A stretch of 64,000 bases of DNA, taken from positions 124,001-188,000 of the forward strand of contig NIVC01001077.1 of assembly GCA_002269645.1 (NCBI GenBank), given 5' to 3'. A program made the position numbers and the translations under genes. This DNA comes from Macrostomum lignano (Eukaryota). The number at the start of each line of letters is the position of its first letter. The stretch's first letter is position 1. Below the pieces are notes generated by a model. That model saw nothing but the letters and a program-made list of their open reading frames with translations. It was not told the DNA's origin and did no database searches. This document shows, piece after piece, positions 1-12,663 of this stretch.

Positions 1-244
1 TATATAACTGCTGCCCATGAAAGGAGGGCATGGACCGGCGCAGCGATTGGACGAGACTTATAATGGCCTGGCGTGAGGCCTGCGCCTGGCCTATGCCTAG
101 ATACAACTGAGTGGCGGCGCATTCATGCTAATTATTTATTAATGAGAAGCAATTCTAGCCACGCGTTGCAACCCTGATAGATTATTATTTTTATAGTCTG
201 AATCTAGAAATTGATGCCATTTAGAATGTGCTATTCACAACGGA

Positions 245-820
245 GCTACTCTCCCCTCCTGATGCTTCGTGGGGCGCCGCTACTCTCCCCTCCTGATGCT
301 TCAGGGGGCGCCGCTACTCTCCCCTCCTGATGCTGCAGGGAGTGCCGCTACTCTCCCCTCCTGATGCTTCAGGGAGTGCTGCTTCTCTCCCCTCCTGATG
401 CTGCAGGGGGCGCCGCTACTCTCCCCTCCTGATGCTTCAGGGAGTGCCGCTACTCTCCCCTCCTGATGCTTCAGGGAGTGCCGCTACTCTCCCCTCCTGC
501 TGCTTCAGGGGTGCCGCTACTCTCCCCTCCTGATGCTGCAGGGGGCGCTGCTACTCTCCCCTCCTGATGCTTCAGGGGGTGCCGCTACTCTCCCCTCCTG
601 ATGCTTCAGGGGGCGCCGCTACTCTCCCCTCCTGATGCTTCAGGGAGTGCCGCTACTCTCCCCTCCTGATGCTTCAGGGGGCACCGCTATTCTCCCCTTC
701 TGATGCTTCGTGGGGCGCCGCTACTCTCCCCTCCTGATGCTTCAGGGAGTGCCGCTACTCTCCCCTCCTGATGCTTCAGGGGGTGCCGTTACTCTCCCTC
801 CTGCTGCTTCAGGGGCGCCT
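245..820. repeat. 34-bp minisatellite, about 17 copies, with internal hairpin CCTGA-tgct-TCAGG
   Basis: Unit GCTACTCTCCCCTCCTGATGCTTCAGGGAGTGCC; head-to-tail with no spacers. Confidence 0.95.
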
Positions 821-1514
821 CCTGAATCATCAGAAAATACTCTGTACCTGTGACCTCAAGAAAGGTGTATTTCTACTTTAATTTCACTGCCAAACTGGTT
901 GCCACGGAGGACCACAATCTGATTTTACGGGGCTTCGATAAGTGATAAGATCTCAACACTTACACTACTGAGAACAAAGCTGCAAAATACTAACTGTTGT
1001 AAAAAAAACTAGAAAAATACTTCAGAATCTAGTTTAAAACAATGTTTTACGCAAGCCGGCTCAATCACCTGATCTGACAGCTTCTCTCTAGTCAAATCTT
1101 ATCTATCCAGATTGTATATAAGTATAACAAAATGCTATTATGCCTTGTTTCAGCTGGACACCGTTTTTAACATTATATGTTGTATAAGGCCATTGATAAA
1201 CCTTATCTATCACAGCTTACGCGATCGTATAAGGCCGGTGCTAGGCTGGGCTCCAATTGAGATAGGTAAATTCACACACCGCTGCACTCGGTAATATGAG
1301 TAATACCAGTGAGTAAGAGCGTGGGCGAGCAAATTCAAATTAACCGCTAAATTAATTGGAATGACCTCTTGTTTTACGCTTAAAAATTTTAAATTCAGGA
1401 TTTTCTGGGTAATGTACTTTACTACCTACTTATAGTAATTAATTCGGGAAGTCAATCCGAATTTCAATTTTATGAGGTAACGTTTAGATTATAGATATAC
1501 TTTTTCAAGGCATA

Positions 1515-4307
1515 TCTACCATTTAAATGCCCGCTACCCCTCTCTACCCTTTAAATGCCCACTACCCCTCTCTACCCTTTAAATGCCCGCTACCCCTTTC
1601 TACCTTTTAAATGCCCGCTACCCCTCTCTACCCTTTAAATGCCCGCTACCCCTCTCTACCTTTTAAATGCCCGCTACCCCTATCTACCTTTTTAAAGGCC
1701 CGCTACCCCTCTCTACCCTTTTAAAGGCCCGCTACCCCTCTTTACCTTTTAAAGGCTCGCTACCCCTCTTTACCTTTTAAATGCCCGCTACCCCTCTTTA
1801 CCCTTTAAATGCCCGCTACCCCTCTTAACCCTTTAAATGCCCGCTACCCCTCTCTACCCTTAAATGCCCGCTACCCCTCTCTACCTTTTAAAGGCCCGCT
1901 CCCCCTCTCTACCCTTTAAATACCCGCTACGCCCTCTATCTTTTAAATGCCCGCTCCCCCTCTCTACCCTTTAAATGCCCGCTACTCCTCTCTACCTTTT
2001 AAAGGCCCGCTCCCCCTCTCTACCCTTTAAATACCCGCTACGCCCTCTATCTTTTAAATGCCCGCTACCCCTATCTACCCTTTAAATGCCCGCTACCCCT
2101 CTCTACCTTTTAAAGGCCCGCTACCCCTCTCTACCCTTTAAATACCCGCTACGCCCTCTATCTTTTAAATGCCCGCTCCCCCTCTCTACCCTTTAAATAC
2201 CCGCTACCCCTCTATCTTTTAAATTCCCGCTACCCCTCTCTATCTTTTAAATGCCCGCTAACCCTCTCTACCTTTTAAAGGCCCGCTCCCCCTCTCTACC
2301 CTTTAAATACCCGCTACGCCCTCTATCTTTTAAATGCCCGCTACCCCTCTCTACCCTTTAAATACCCGCTACGCCCTCTATCTTTTAAATGCCCGCTCCC
2401 CCTCTCTACCCTTTAAATACCCGCTACGCCCTCTATCTTTTAAATGCCCGCTCCCCCTCTCTACCCTTTAAATACCCGCTACCCCTCTCTATCTTTTTAA
2501 AGGCCCGCTACCCCTCTCTACCCTTTTAAAGGCCCGCTACCCCTCTTTACCTTTTAAATGCCCGCTACCCCTCTTTACCCTTTAAATGCCCGCTACCCCT
2601 CTTAACCCTTTAAATTCCCGCTCCCCCTCTCTACCCTTTAAATGCCCGCTACCCCTCTCTACCTTTTAAAGGCCCGCTCCCCCTCTCTACCCTTTAAATA
2701 CCCGCTACGCCCTCTATCTTTTAAATGCCCGCTACCCCTCTCTACCCTTTAAATGCCCGCTACCCCTCTCTACCTTTTAAAGGCCCGCTCCCCCTCTCTA
2801 CCCTTTAAATACCCGCTACGCCCTCTATCTTTTAAATGCCCGCTCCCCCTCTCTACCCTTTAAATACCCGCTACCCCTCTCTATCTTTTAAATGCCCGCT
2901 ACCCCTCTCTATCTTTTAAATGCCCACTACCCCTCTCTATCTTTTAAATGCCCGCTAACCCTCTCTACCTTTTAAAGGCCCGCTCCCCCTCTCTACCCTT
3001 TTAATACCCGCTACGCCCTCTATCTTTTAAATGCCCGCTACCCCTCTCTACCCTTTAAATACCCGCTACGCCCTCTTTACCCTTTAAATGCCCGCTCCCC
3101 CTCTCTACCCTTTAAATACCCGCTACGCCCTCTATCTTTTAAATGCCCGCTACCCCTCTCTACCCTTTAAATACCCGCTACCCCTCTCTATCTTTTTAAA
3201 GGCCCGCTACCCCTCTCTACCCTTTTAAAGGCCCGCTACCCCTCTTTACCTTTTAAATGCCCGCTACCCCTCTTTACCCTTTAAATGCCCGCTCCCCCTC
3301 TCTACCCTTTAAATACCCGCTACCCCTCTCTATCTTTTAAATGCCCGCTACCCCTCTCTACCCTTTAAATGCCCGCTACCCCTCTCTACCCTTTAAATGC
3401 CCGCTACCCCTATCTACCCTTTAAATTCCCGCTACCCCTCTTTACCCTTTAAATACCCGCTACGCCCTCTATCTTTTAAATGCCCGCTCCCCCTCTCTAC
3501 CCTTTAAATACCCGCTACGCCCTCTATCTTTTAAATGCCCGCTACCCCTTTCTACCCTTTAAATACCCGCTACGCCCTCTATCTTTTAAATGCCCGCTCC
3601 CCCTCTCTACCCTTTAAATAACCGCTACGCCCTCTATCTTTTAAATGCCCGCTACCCCTCTCTACCTTTTAAAGGCCCGCTCCCCCTCTCTACCCTTTTA
3701 ATACCCGCTACGCCCTCTATCTTTTAAATGCCCGCTACCCCTCTCTACCCTTTAAATACCCGCTACGCCCTCTATCTTTTAAATGCCCGCTCCCCCTCTC
3801 TACCCTTTAAATACCCGCTACGCCCTCTATCTTTTAAATGCCCGCTACCCCTCTCTACCCTTTAAATACCCGCTACGCCCTCTATCTTTTAAATGCCCGC
3901 TCCCCCTCTCTACCCTTTAAATACCCGCTACCCCTCTCTATCTTTTAAATGCCCGCTACCCCTCTCTACCCTTTAAATGCCCGCTACCCCTATCTACCCT
4001 TTAAATTCCCGCTACCCCTCTTTACCCTTTAAATACCCGCTACGCCCTCTATCTTTTAAATGCCCGCTCCCCCTCTATACCCTTTAAATACCCGCTACGC
4101 CCTCTATCTTTTAAATGCCCGCTACCCCTTTCTACCCTTTAAATACCCGCTACGCCCTCTATCTTTTAAATGCCCGCTCCCCTCTCTACCCTTTAAATAA
4201 CCGCTACGCCCTCTATCTTTTAAATGCCCGCTACCCCTCTCTACCCTTTAAATACCCGCTACGCCCTCTATCTTTTAAATGCCCGCTACCCCTCTCTACC
4301 TTTTAAA
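1515..4307. repeat. 28-bp minisatellite, about 100 copies, with alternating variant dimers
   Basis: Unit TTTAAATGCCCGCTACCCCTCTCTACCC alternating with TTTAAATACCCGCTACGCCCTCTATCTT; ends about 520 bp upstream of the Dmrt93B ATG. Confidence 0.97.
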
Positions 4308-4594
4308 ACTCAGCTATTTCCATCATTTCTTAAAAATTTTCAGTCACTAAAAAATTTGAATTTCCAAACTAATTTTTCGCCACAGTCTCTTTTACAACGT
4401 TTAACAAGGTGTCAACTTTCTAATAGTAGTTTTTTATCCCGCACCCCTCAAACAGAAAATCATGCTCGAACCAATTTCCTTCATTTTGCTTTTCTTCCTG
4501 AAAACTGCGCTCCGCTACGAAAAAAGGCGATTTCCTTTTTGTTAAAGACTGTCAGAAATAGGATACCGTCCATGGTGGGTGGGAATCGGGTGGC

Positions 4595-4621
4595 GGATTG
4601 GCGCAGGGATCACGGATTGGC
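4595..4621 (+). promoter_or_regulatory. Paired inverted CCAAT boxes in the putative Dmrt93B proximal promoter
   Basis: GGATTGGC at about 4595 and 4614, roughly 210-230 bp upstream of the ATG. Confidence 0.3.
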
Positions 4622-4826
4622 CGAGGGGTTCGGGATCTGTGTTGCTCCCTCCCCCTTTCCGCTAAGCCTATTGGACCCCGGTCAGCGGGGACACAGTGAA
4701 AGTTTTGCAAATCCCAGCAGCTGGGGATCAGTATTTAGCAATCCCGATTCTGTTCCAACAGACCAGACAGAAAGCCTGAGATAAAAAGCAAAAACTAATT
4801 TTGTTCGCTGAGTTGCCCAAATTTCA

Positions 4827-7800
4827 ATGGAATCGTCGCCGCACGGGCCGCCGCCGCCGCCTTCGCCGACCTCCTCGGCCGCTGGTCCTGCCCACGCGGC
4901 CGCTCTCCGGGCGCCATTCATGGACCCGGCCCTGACCCGGTCCCTGGTGAAGCTGATGCAGCCGCCAATCTACCCGGTGACGGAGAAGGGCGCCAGGAAG
5001 CCAAAGTGCGCCCGCTGCCGCAACCACGGCATGGTCAGCTGGCTGAAGGGCCACAAGCGGCACTGCCGGTTCAAAGACTGCGCCTGCGCCAAGTGCAACC
5101 TCATCGCCGAGCGGCAGCGAGTCATGGCCGCCCAGGTGGCGCTGAAACGCCAGCAGAGCGCCGAGGACGCCGTCGCTATCGGGCTGCGCAGCTTCGCCGA
5201 TGGCAGCGCGCCGGTGCTCTCCTCCGGCCCGCTGTGGGGTTCCGACTGCGTCAGCGAGCCCATGGACCAGCAGGCGGCCGCTCTGACGATGATGCAGCAG
5301 CAGCTGGAGGAGGCTGATGATGATGATGAGGGTGATAATGGTCAGGAAGCTGGAATCTGCGACGGCGGAGCTGATGAAGAGGCGGATGCAGCGGCGGCTT
5401 CGTCGGATGGAGGGCACGGTGAGTCGATGAGACGTGTCTACCGCACTCTATGCCCTGTTGTCTACCTTATAGTCTACCCCACAGTCTACCCCACTATACC
5501 TTATTTTCTACCCGATTGTCTACCCCACTATACCTTATTGTCTACCCTATTGTCTACCCCACTCTATATCCTATTGTCTACCCTATTGTCTACCCCACTC
5601 TATATCCTATTGTCTACCATACTGTCTACCCCACTGTCTACCCCACTGTCTACCCCACTGTCTACCCCACTGTCTACCCCACTGTCTACCCCACTGTCTA
5701 CCCCACTGTCTACCCCACTGTCTACCCCACTGTCTACCCTACTGGCTACCCTATTGTCTAACCTATTGTCTGCCCCACTATGCACCCCACTGTGTACTTT
5801 ATTATCTACCCTATTTTAGCCTACCGCACTGTCTACCTCGCGATCTAACCCCACTGTATACACCTAACTGACTACCCCCACTGGCTGTCTAGTCCACTTT
5901 CTACCCCACACTCTACCTTGCTGTATATCCAAGAGTCTACCCCACTATCTACCCCATGTCTACTTGCCTGCTCATACCTATTTTGCATCTTGAGCATCCC
6001 TTCAGAGTATTCTTTCAAAACTAAGACAAGGGCCGCTAGCTAAACGATCCCAGCTTAAGCTCAAAGCCACCATGCAATCGAAGTCAGCTTCGTTTCCATG
6101 GCAACTGTCAACTGAGACAGCGCAGTGTTGAGCAAACACTCGATAGTTAAGAGACAATTGGATCTAATATTTGCCAAATCCGACAATAATATTCGAAATA
6201 AACGCACGTTGCCAACCCTAAAACTTTTCAAGAGTCAGCAGTTGAGATCTTTCATAGCTGACCCGGATAGGGAAATGTTATTGCAGATCGGGGAAAATAT
6301 TGATTGATTTGACAGCTACACAAATTTATTTGACAAGCTTCGATAGAAAGTCTGACTCAAGATTGAAAATTTGTCTGTTTGCTTTTAACCCTTCTAACTG
6401 CTTCAAAATGTGCCCTATAATAAAAAGAAGATTTTTTACAAGCACAAGAAATCTCAGTTCAGCAAATTTCTTTCAAATTAGTCTTCTTTCAATTCTGGAA
6501 AACTGAAGGGAACGGCCGCTAAAACACGTGTTTAACGAGCCCTGTTTAAACACTTGCCGTCCCTACTACATATCCTTTTTTAGGGTTGCCAAAGAATCTC
6601 AGTGTTTGTCTAGAGGGATCTTCTTACTTGAAAAATAGACTTTCTTTTAGGAGCAGAAATTCATTTTCAGCTCTAAATGAGAGTTAATATTGTTAAGATT
6701 GGCCTCGGTCTCAGTCAGGACACTTTTGGTTTTGGGAAAACTTCTGCAACGACAGATGCTTGCGGGTGTCGGGTTTCCCGCGGTTAGTCGGCAGAGAGAG
6801 GGCGGCTCTCATTTGTGTTTGCGCAAGTTGAGTCAAATTTTGAGTCAACTGGGTCCGCGATACAGCGGCAAATGGAGACTAATAAAAATTCTACTAAATT
6901 CCTCAAAAAAATCCCAAATCTCAAGTCGGTTAAAATCCACCTTCAAGAAAAATCCTTCAGCTCTTCAAAACTTCAAATTCTAAACAAAATTTCATCTATA
7001 GCCTGCAGACTCTGACAAAAATCTATCTCTAACAGTTTCCAAATCCTTTCAGCATCCGAATTCCCAACTGAAATTCTCCATCAGACTATGAGACTGTTGT
7101 GATTAACTGCTGCCAAATCTACTGATTGATTTTTCCCAGAAAACAGCGGCGCCTCCAGTGTAGAAGATACAAAGAAGCAAAGCCAGCAAAATCTGCAACA
7201 CGCCGTCTCATCGCCAACGCAGCGGCAGCAGCAGCAGCGGGAGACTGGCCCAACGGACTCAACACGGACAAGCGAAGAGTCCAACTGCATCACCGACAAA
7301 GTCGAGGAAGAGATCGAACCACCAACCTCGTCTTCGCAACCGCCGCTGCCCCAGCCGAAGCCGCCGCAGGAGCATCAAGCGTCGGGCAGCGGCCGCAGGA
7401 CTTCGGCAGGCAAGCCAGGCCGATTGTCCTCTCTGCAAATCCTCGAGCGCCTGTTCCCCAGCCAGCGTCGCCAGGCGCTCGAGCTGGCCCTGCAGAACTA
7501 CAGTGGCGACGCTGTCAAGGCCATTGAGCACTTCCTGGCCGCTGACCCGGCATCGGCTTCCCGACTGCGGCCCGGCCAGCAGCAGCAGCCACCGCAGCAG
7601 CAGAGGCAGCCGACCCCACCGCCGCTCCTGACTCCCTCATCGGCCATCGCTTCTCTCGCCGCCATCAGCCGCCAGTCGACTGCCTTCAACAGCCCGCTGC
7701 TGTCATCTGCCGGCTTCCCGCATCATCCGACGCCGCACTTTCCGCACCACCTGCTGCTGCCGCCGCCGCCGCCGCATTCGCAGCCGCCTCCGCCGCCGCC

Positions 7801-7981
7801 GCCGCCGCCGCCGTCTCAGCAGCACCCGAGAGCGCCTCACGAGCTGTTCCTGCCGCCTCCTTACCACCTGCTGCCAAGGCCCCCCTGCTTCTGGCCGCCC
7901 GCCATGCTGCCGCCGCCGCCACAGTCGCTGCCGCTGCCGCCGCCACCGACGACGCCGCAGTCGGGTTTTGAAGACAAATGA
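4827..7981 (+). CDS. Dmrt93B: Dmrt93B-type doublesex/mab-3 transcription factor (DM zinc-binding domain + DMA domain); exons join(4827..5418,7140..7981), about 477 aa
   Basis: Exon 1 encodes [58 protein letters not shown], a DM domain; the KPK...SWLKGHK...KRQQ.ED signature fits the Dmrt93B clade as I recall it. Donor CG|GTGAGT at 5419 (phase 1) and acceptor TTTTCCCAG| at 7139 keep the frame open into [37 protein letters not shown] (DMA domain) and a Pro-rich tail ending at TGA 7979-7981. Confidence 0.9.
5445..5960. repeat. 12-bp minisatellite in Dmrt93B intron 1
   Basis: Unit GTCTACCCCACT, degenerate at both edges; starts about 25 bp after the donor. Confidence 0.9.
6092..6105. promoter_or_regulatory. 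RFX X-box motif in Dmrt93B intron 1
   Basis: GTTTCCATGGCAAC matches the 14-bp RFX consensus GTHNYYATRRNAAC and lies in unique (non-repeat) intron sequence. Confidence 0.45.
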
Positions 7982-8279
7982 GAGTAGACAAATGAGAGTA
8001 GACAAACGAGAGTAGACAAACGAGAGTAGACAAACGAGAGTAGACAAACGAGACTAGACAAATGAGAGTAGACAAACGAGAGTAGACAAATGAGAGTAGA
8101 CAAATGAGAGTAGACAAGCGAGAGTAGACAATTGAGATTAGACAAGCGAGAGTAGACAAATGAGAGTAGACAAACGAGAGTAGACAAATGAGAGTAGACA
8201 AACGAGAGTAGACAAATGAGAGTAGACAAATGAGAGTAGACAAATGAGAGTAGACCAGCGAGAATAGACAAATGAGAGT
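7972..8279. repeat. 14-bp minisatellite overlapping the Dmrt93B stop codon
   Basis: Unit AGACAAA(T/C)GAGAGT, about 22 copies. Confidence 0.95.
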
Positions 8280-8692
8280 CCAGCAATGGAAGCTCACAGT
8301 CAGAGCTGTTTCTGTTTTATGAAGTTTTTTTAACAATTTGTCTTTTTGCGTTGCCATGCTGTTGTTGACTGAGGCGCGGCCGTTCATTTTTTAATTTTAG
8401 CCATTCTTATTATCATTATTAGTTTGTGCAATTTGTTTCTTTATTAACTCGATCTTGCAAACTTACTAACAATAATTTACTAATCTCATTATGCAATTTA
8501 TGCCAATTGGCAGAATAAATACTTCATATATGTATCTAGTCTCCGCTGGGAACATTGCTATAGCTTGAAAATAACAAAATAAAATTTTTGGATTTTGCGC
8601 TTTTCACTTTTTAAAAAGACAATTCTCAAAATTACTAGCAAAATCACTAATCTCATCTTCTACACTTTTCACCTAACGACACTTCTCCTTGC

Positions 8693-9307
8693 TGACCGGC
8701 ACTTCTCATTCTTGACCGGCACTTCTCACCCCTGACCGGCACTTCACCCCTGACCGGCTCTTCTCACCCCTGACCGGCACTTCACCCCTGACCGGCTCTT
8801 CTCACCCCTGACCGGCACTTCTCACCCCTGACCGGAAATTCTCACCCCTGACCGGCACTTCTCATCCCTGACCGGCTCTTCTCACCCCTGACCGGCTCTT
8901 CTCACCCCTGACCGGCACTTCTCACCCCTGACCGGCAATTCTCACCCCTGACCGGCACTTCTCATCCCTGACCGGCAATTCTCATCCCTGACCGGAATTT
9001 TTTATTCCTGACCGGCACTTCTCTCCCCTGACCGGCACTTCTCACCCCTGACCGGCACTTCTCACCCCTGACCGGCACTTCACCACTGACCGGCAATTCT
9101 CCCCCCTGACCGGCAATTCTCATCTCCGACAGGCAGTTCTCATCTCTGACCGGCACTTCTCATTTCTGACCGGCAATTCTCATCCCTGACCGGCACTTCT
9201 CATCCCTGACCGGTAATTCTCATCCCTGACCGGAAATTCTCATCCCTGACCGGCACTTCTCATCCCTGACCGGTAATTCTCATCCCTGACCGGAAATTCT
9301 CATCCAG
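8693..9307. repeat. 20-bp minisatellite
   Basis: Unit CTGACCGGCACTTCTCA(C/T)CC, about 30 copies. Confidence 0.95.
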
Positions 9308-9553
9308 GACCCTTCTCATCGAAGACATTGTCTCATTCATGACGCTTCTCATATCTGACAGCAACTCAGTTTCCTTCTCGCAATCTTGCTCTCCTAGAAA
9401 TTCCGGATTTACATTTTCGACAAAGAGTCTCAAAGGTCTGATGTTTGAATAATTTAATTCGCACAGCCGGTGGCCACGCGAGAGATCAAGAGGATCAATC
9501 GGCAGCACATATCCGGCATCAAGGAAGTTCAAACAATGGAATCGTTGCTGTGC
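9305..9553 (-). other. Isolated coding-like fragment (possible exon or pseudogene remnant)
   Basis: After a possible acceptor (TTGATTAG) an open frame reads AQQRFHCLNFLDAGYVLPIDPLDLSRGHRLCELNYSNIRPLRLFVENVNPEFLG..., then runs into the 20-bp array. Weak resemblance to a USP7 UBL segment (WTIFLETVDPE). No partner exons found. Confidence 0.2.
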
Positions 9554-10251
9554 CTAATCAAGACCACTTGCCCTTCCTGTAGGCCTGGGAAATGCTGATG
9601 CAGGACACGCGGGCACGAGTCATTATGACTCTTGATTCTCATTCTATTCTTGTGCCTTTTTTCATTCCTACTCTTCTTGTTGTTTTTCCTCCTTTCTCAC
9701 AGCATTCTCCAGAGGAGCTCAGCCCGTTTGCCGCCGCTGCGACCACCGCCGGCCGGCGGTCTCTAAACCCCCCCCCTTGTTTGCCAGTTTGCCCAGCGTG
9801 ACAAAGAAAGCTCTTTTCCAGCCTCTCCTCTCCATCGGGTCGCTATTGACTCTGCGGGACCGAAGGTTCTTTTTTGATGAGGCAGTCCCAGCTTCCTATA
9901 TCCTTCCATACTCTCTCTCTATCTCTCTCGGAAGCTGGAGTCTTGTCTTTCAAGTTGCTTTTTCCCGTTCCTGACCCACCAAGAAAGCTCGGCCGAAAGA
10001 CCAGAGTTTCATTTCCTTCGCTTCCTCCAAGCTGTGCTTGACTCTCCTGATGACCAGTGCTTGGGTTTTTTTCCCAGTTTCCCATCTCCCCCCTAGAAAG
10101 GGGAAAAGAGTTGGTTGGGGGTTGCAGCCCAGATAAATAAACTTTCACTACTTAACAGAACTTGGCCCAGTCTGAGTTCGAGTCAATACGGCTCTCGAGC
10201 ATATGTAGCTTTCAAACCCTTTAGTCATTGAAACTTGGCATTTGACGGACA

Positions 10252-10425
<174 letters not shown>

Positions 10426-10785
10426 AAATCTTAAAAACTCCAATAGCTATGCTCAGACAAGCGGGATTTTGTGTGCTTGTGTCCGCTAGCGAATATACAT
10501 CTGTTTGCTTTCTCTTGGTCATAAAATAAGCGAGAGCGAGGGCCGACTCTGAGCTAAGTTTTCAATTGAAGCTTGAAGACTGCTCAAGTTGTTGTCAATT
10601 TGGTGTCAGATTACAGCGGGGCATCTGCGGCCCATATTGGTGTCGACCGTGAATTGAAATTCAAAGCGTTGAGACAATTTATATAAATTCAACGAACTCA
10701 TTACAGCCGGTTAAACATTCTGATAGAAGTATATTGTGAACACTTGTGAGTATTAATGTGTAGGAGCGTACACCCAGCGTAACCT

Positions 10786-11385
10786 GAAGCTTCGTGTTGC
10801 TAAAGCTCCTGGTTGGTGAAGCTTCGTGTTGGTGAAGCTTCGTATTGGTGAAGCTTCGTGTTGGTGAAGCTTCGGGTTGGTGAAGCTTCGTGTTGGTGAA
10901 GCTTCGTGTTGGTGAAGCTTCAGGTTTTGGTGAAGCTTCGTGTTGGTGAAGCTTCGTGTTGGTGAAGCTTCGTGTTGGTGAAGCTTCGTGTTGGTGAAGC
11001 TTCAGGTTTTGGTGAAGCTTCGGGCTGGTGAAGCTTCGGTTTGGTGAGTTTTCGGGTTGGTGAAGCTTCGGGTTGGTGAAGCTTCGGGTTGGTGAAGCTT
11101 CGTGTTGGTGAAGCTTCAGGTTTTGGTGAAGCTTCGTGTTGGTGAAGCTTCGTGTTGGTGAAGCTTCGTGTTGGTGAAGCTTCAGGTTTTGGTGAAGCTT
11201 CGGGCTGGTGAAGCTTCGGTTTGGTGAATTTTCGGGTTGGTGAAGCTTCGTGTTGGTGAAGCTTCGGGTTGGCGAAGCTTCGACTTTGTGAAGCTTCGGG
11301 TTTTGGTGAAGCTTCGGTTTGGTGAAGTTTCGGGCTGGTGAAGCTTCGATTTTGTGAAGCTTCGGGTTTTGGTGAAGCTTCGGTT
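10786..11385. repeat. 16/17-bp minisatellite with GAAGCTTC palindrome
   Basis: Unit GGTGAAGCTTCGTGTT and variants. Confidence 0.95.
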
Positions 11386-12104
11386 TAGTTTTCGGATCAG
11401 CACAGGCGTAAATTTCATTTCGTTGATTTCGGGCAAAAGTCAAATTCAGAAAAGGCTGCAGTCGAACCACAGAAACTTTCAATTAAATTGATAATGTGCC
11501 ACTAAATGCGGCATAGAGACAGATTTATGGACATCAGCATAGCGACTCGGATGACCCTCCCGAACCCCCAATAGATAATTGGCACGTGTTGACCAGAAAC
11601 TGGGGGTTATTTATCATCAATAATTGACACCAGACCCTGGCAGTTTGGGATAGAAATCAAGGATGTGGGGCGGGGAGGGCAGGAAAGTTATCAGCATTAT
11701 CGGGTGGAGGGGGTTGGAATCCCAATAGGGGAGAGGAAAGTTAATATAAAAAATGAAATAAAGGCGATGTAGAGTCTCGCCGAATTTCATAATTGAAGGG
11801 ATCCGGTGTGGGGGGCCACGAAGACCCCCTGCTGTTGCTCAGGCTGTGGTAACAATGGGAGACTGCGCTAGCCGTAACCAGCACCAACTGTGTCGCCAGG
11901 CACTCGAGATGACTGGCATGCGGTGTTTCAGCAGACCGCAAAGTCAGCATTGCGATAAAAACTGGCTTTTTCATTTGGTTGAATTTTATCGCATATGGCT
12001 GGGATTGGCAAAACAATTTCAATAAAATGATTTGATAATATTATCCTTTGTTGGTGCACTGGGTGCATCGAACTTCCGTGCTCGCCAGCTCAGGTTTGGC
12101 ACTA

Positions 12105-12663
12105 CTGACACACCAGTTCGCCTTCCTGACACACAAGTTTGCCTTCCTGACACACTAGTTTGCCTTCCTGACACACTAGTTTGCCTTCCTGACACACTAG
12201 TTTGCTTTCCTGACACACTAGTTTACCTTCCTGATGGAAGATTAAGCTCCTGACAATAAATTTTAAGCTTTTGATATTACGTTTTAAGCTCCTAGTAATA
12301 GATTTTAAGCTCCTGACAATAGATTAATAGATTTTAAGCTCCTGAAAAAAATCTTACGCTTCTGACCATAAATTTTAAGCTCCTGACAATAGATTTACAG
12401 CTCCTTACAATAGATTTACAGCTCCTGACAATACATTTTAAGCTCCTGACAATAGATTTACAGCTCCTGACAATAGATTTACAGCTCCTGACAATACATT
12501 TTAAGCTCCTGACAATAGATTTACAGCTCCTGACAATACATTTTAAGCTCCTGACAATAGATTTACAGCTCCTGACAATAGATTTACAGCTCCTGACAAT
12601 AGATTTACAGCTCCTGACAATAGATTTACAGCTCCTGACAATACATTTTAAGCTCCTGACAAT
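12105..12663. repeat. Two adjacent 21-bp minisatellites sharing CCTGACA
   Basis: CTTCCTGACACACTAGTTTGC (12105-12235) followed by AGCTCCTGACAATAGATTTAC (12245-12663). Confidence 0.92.

Noticed and set aside
245-820. CRISPR array (34-bp palindromic repeat)
   Set aside because: Units are directly head-to-tail with no unique spacers, there are no cas genes, and the context is spliceosomal and eukaryotic.
4827-5819. 330-aa single-exon ORF as the Dmrt protein
   Set aside because: After 5418 the ORF is read-through into intron 1 (LSTP repeats); the spliced model restores the DMA domain.
9843-10148. P-loop NTPase (GGSGTGKS in a minus-strand ORF)
   Set aside because: The Walker A-like match lacks a preceding hydrophobic beta-strand and any Walker B, and the codon usage is not coding-like; probably chance.
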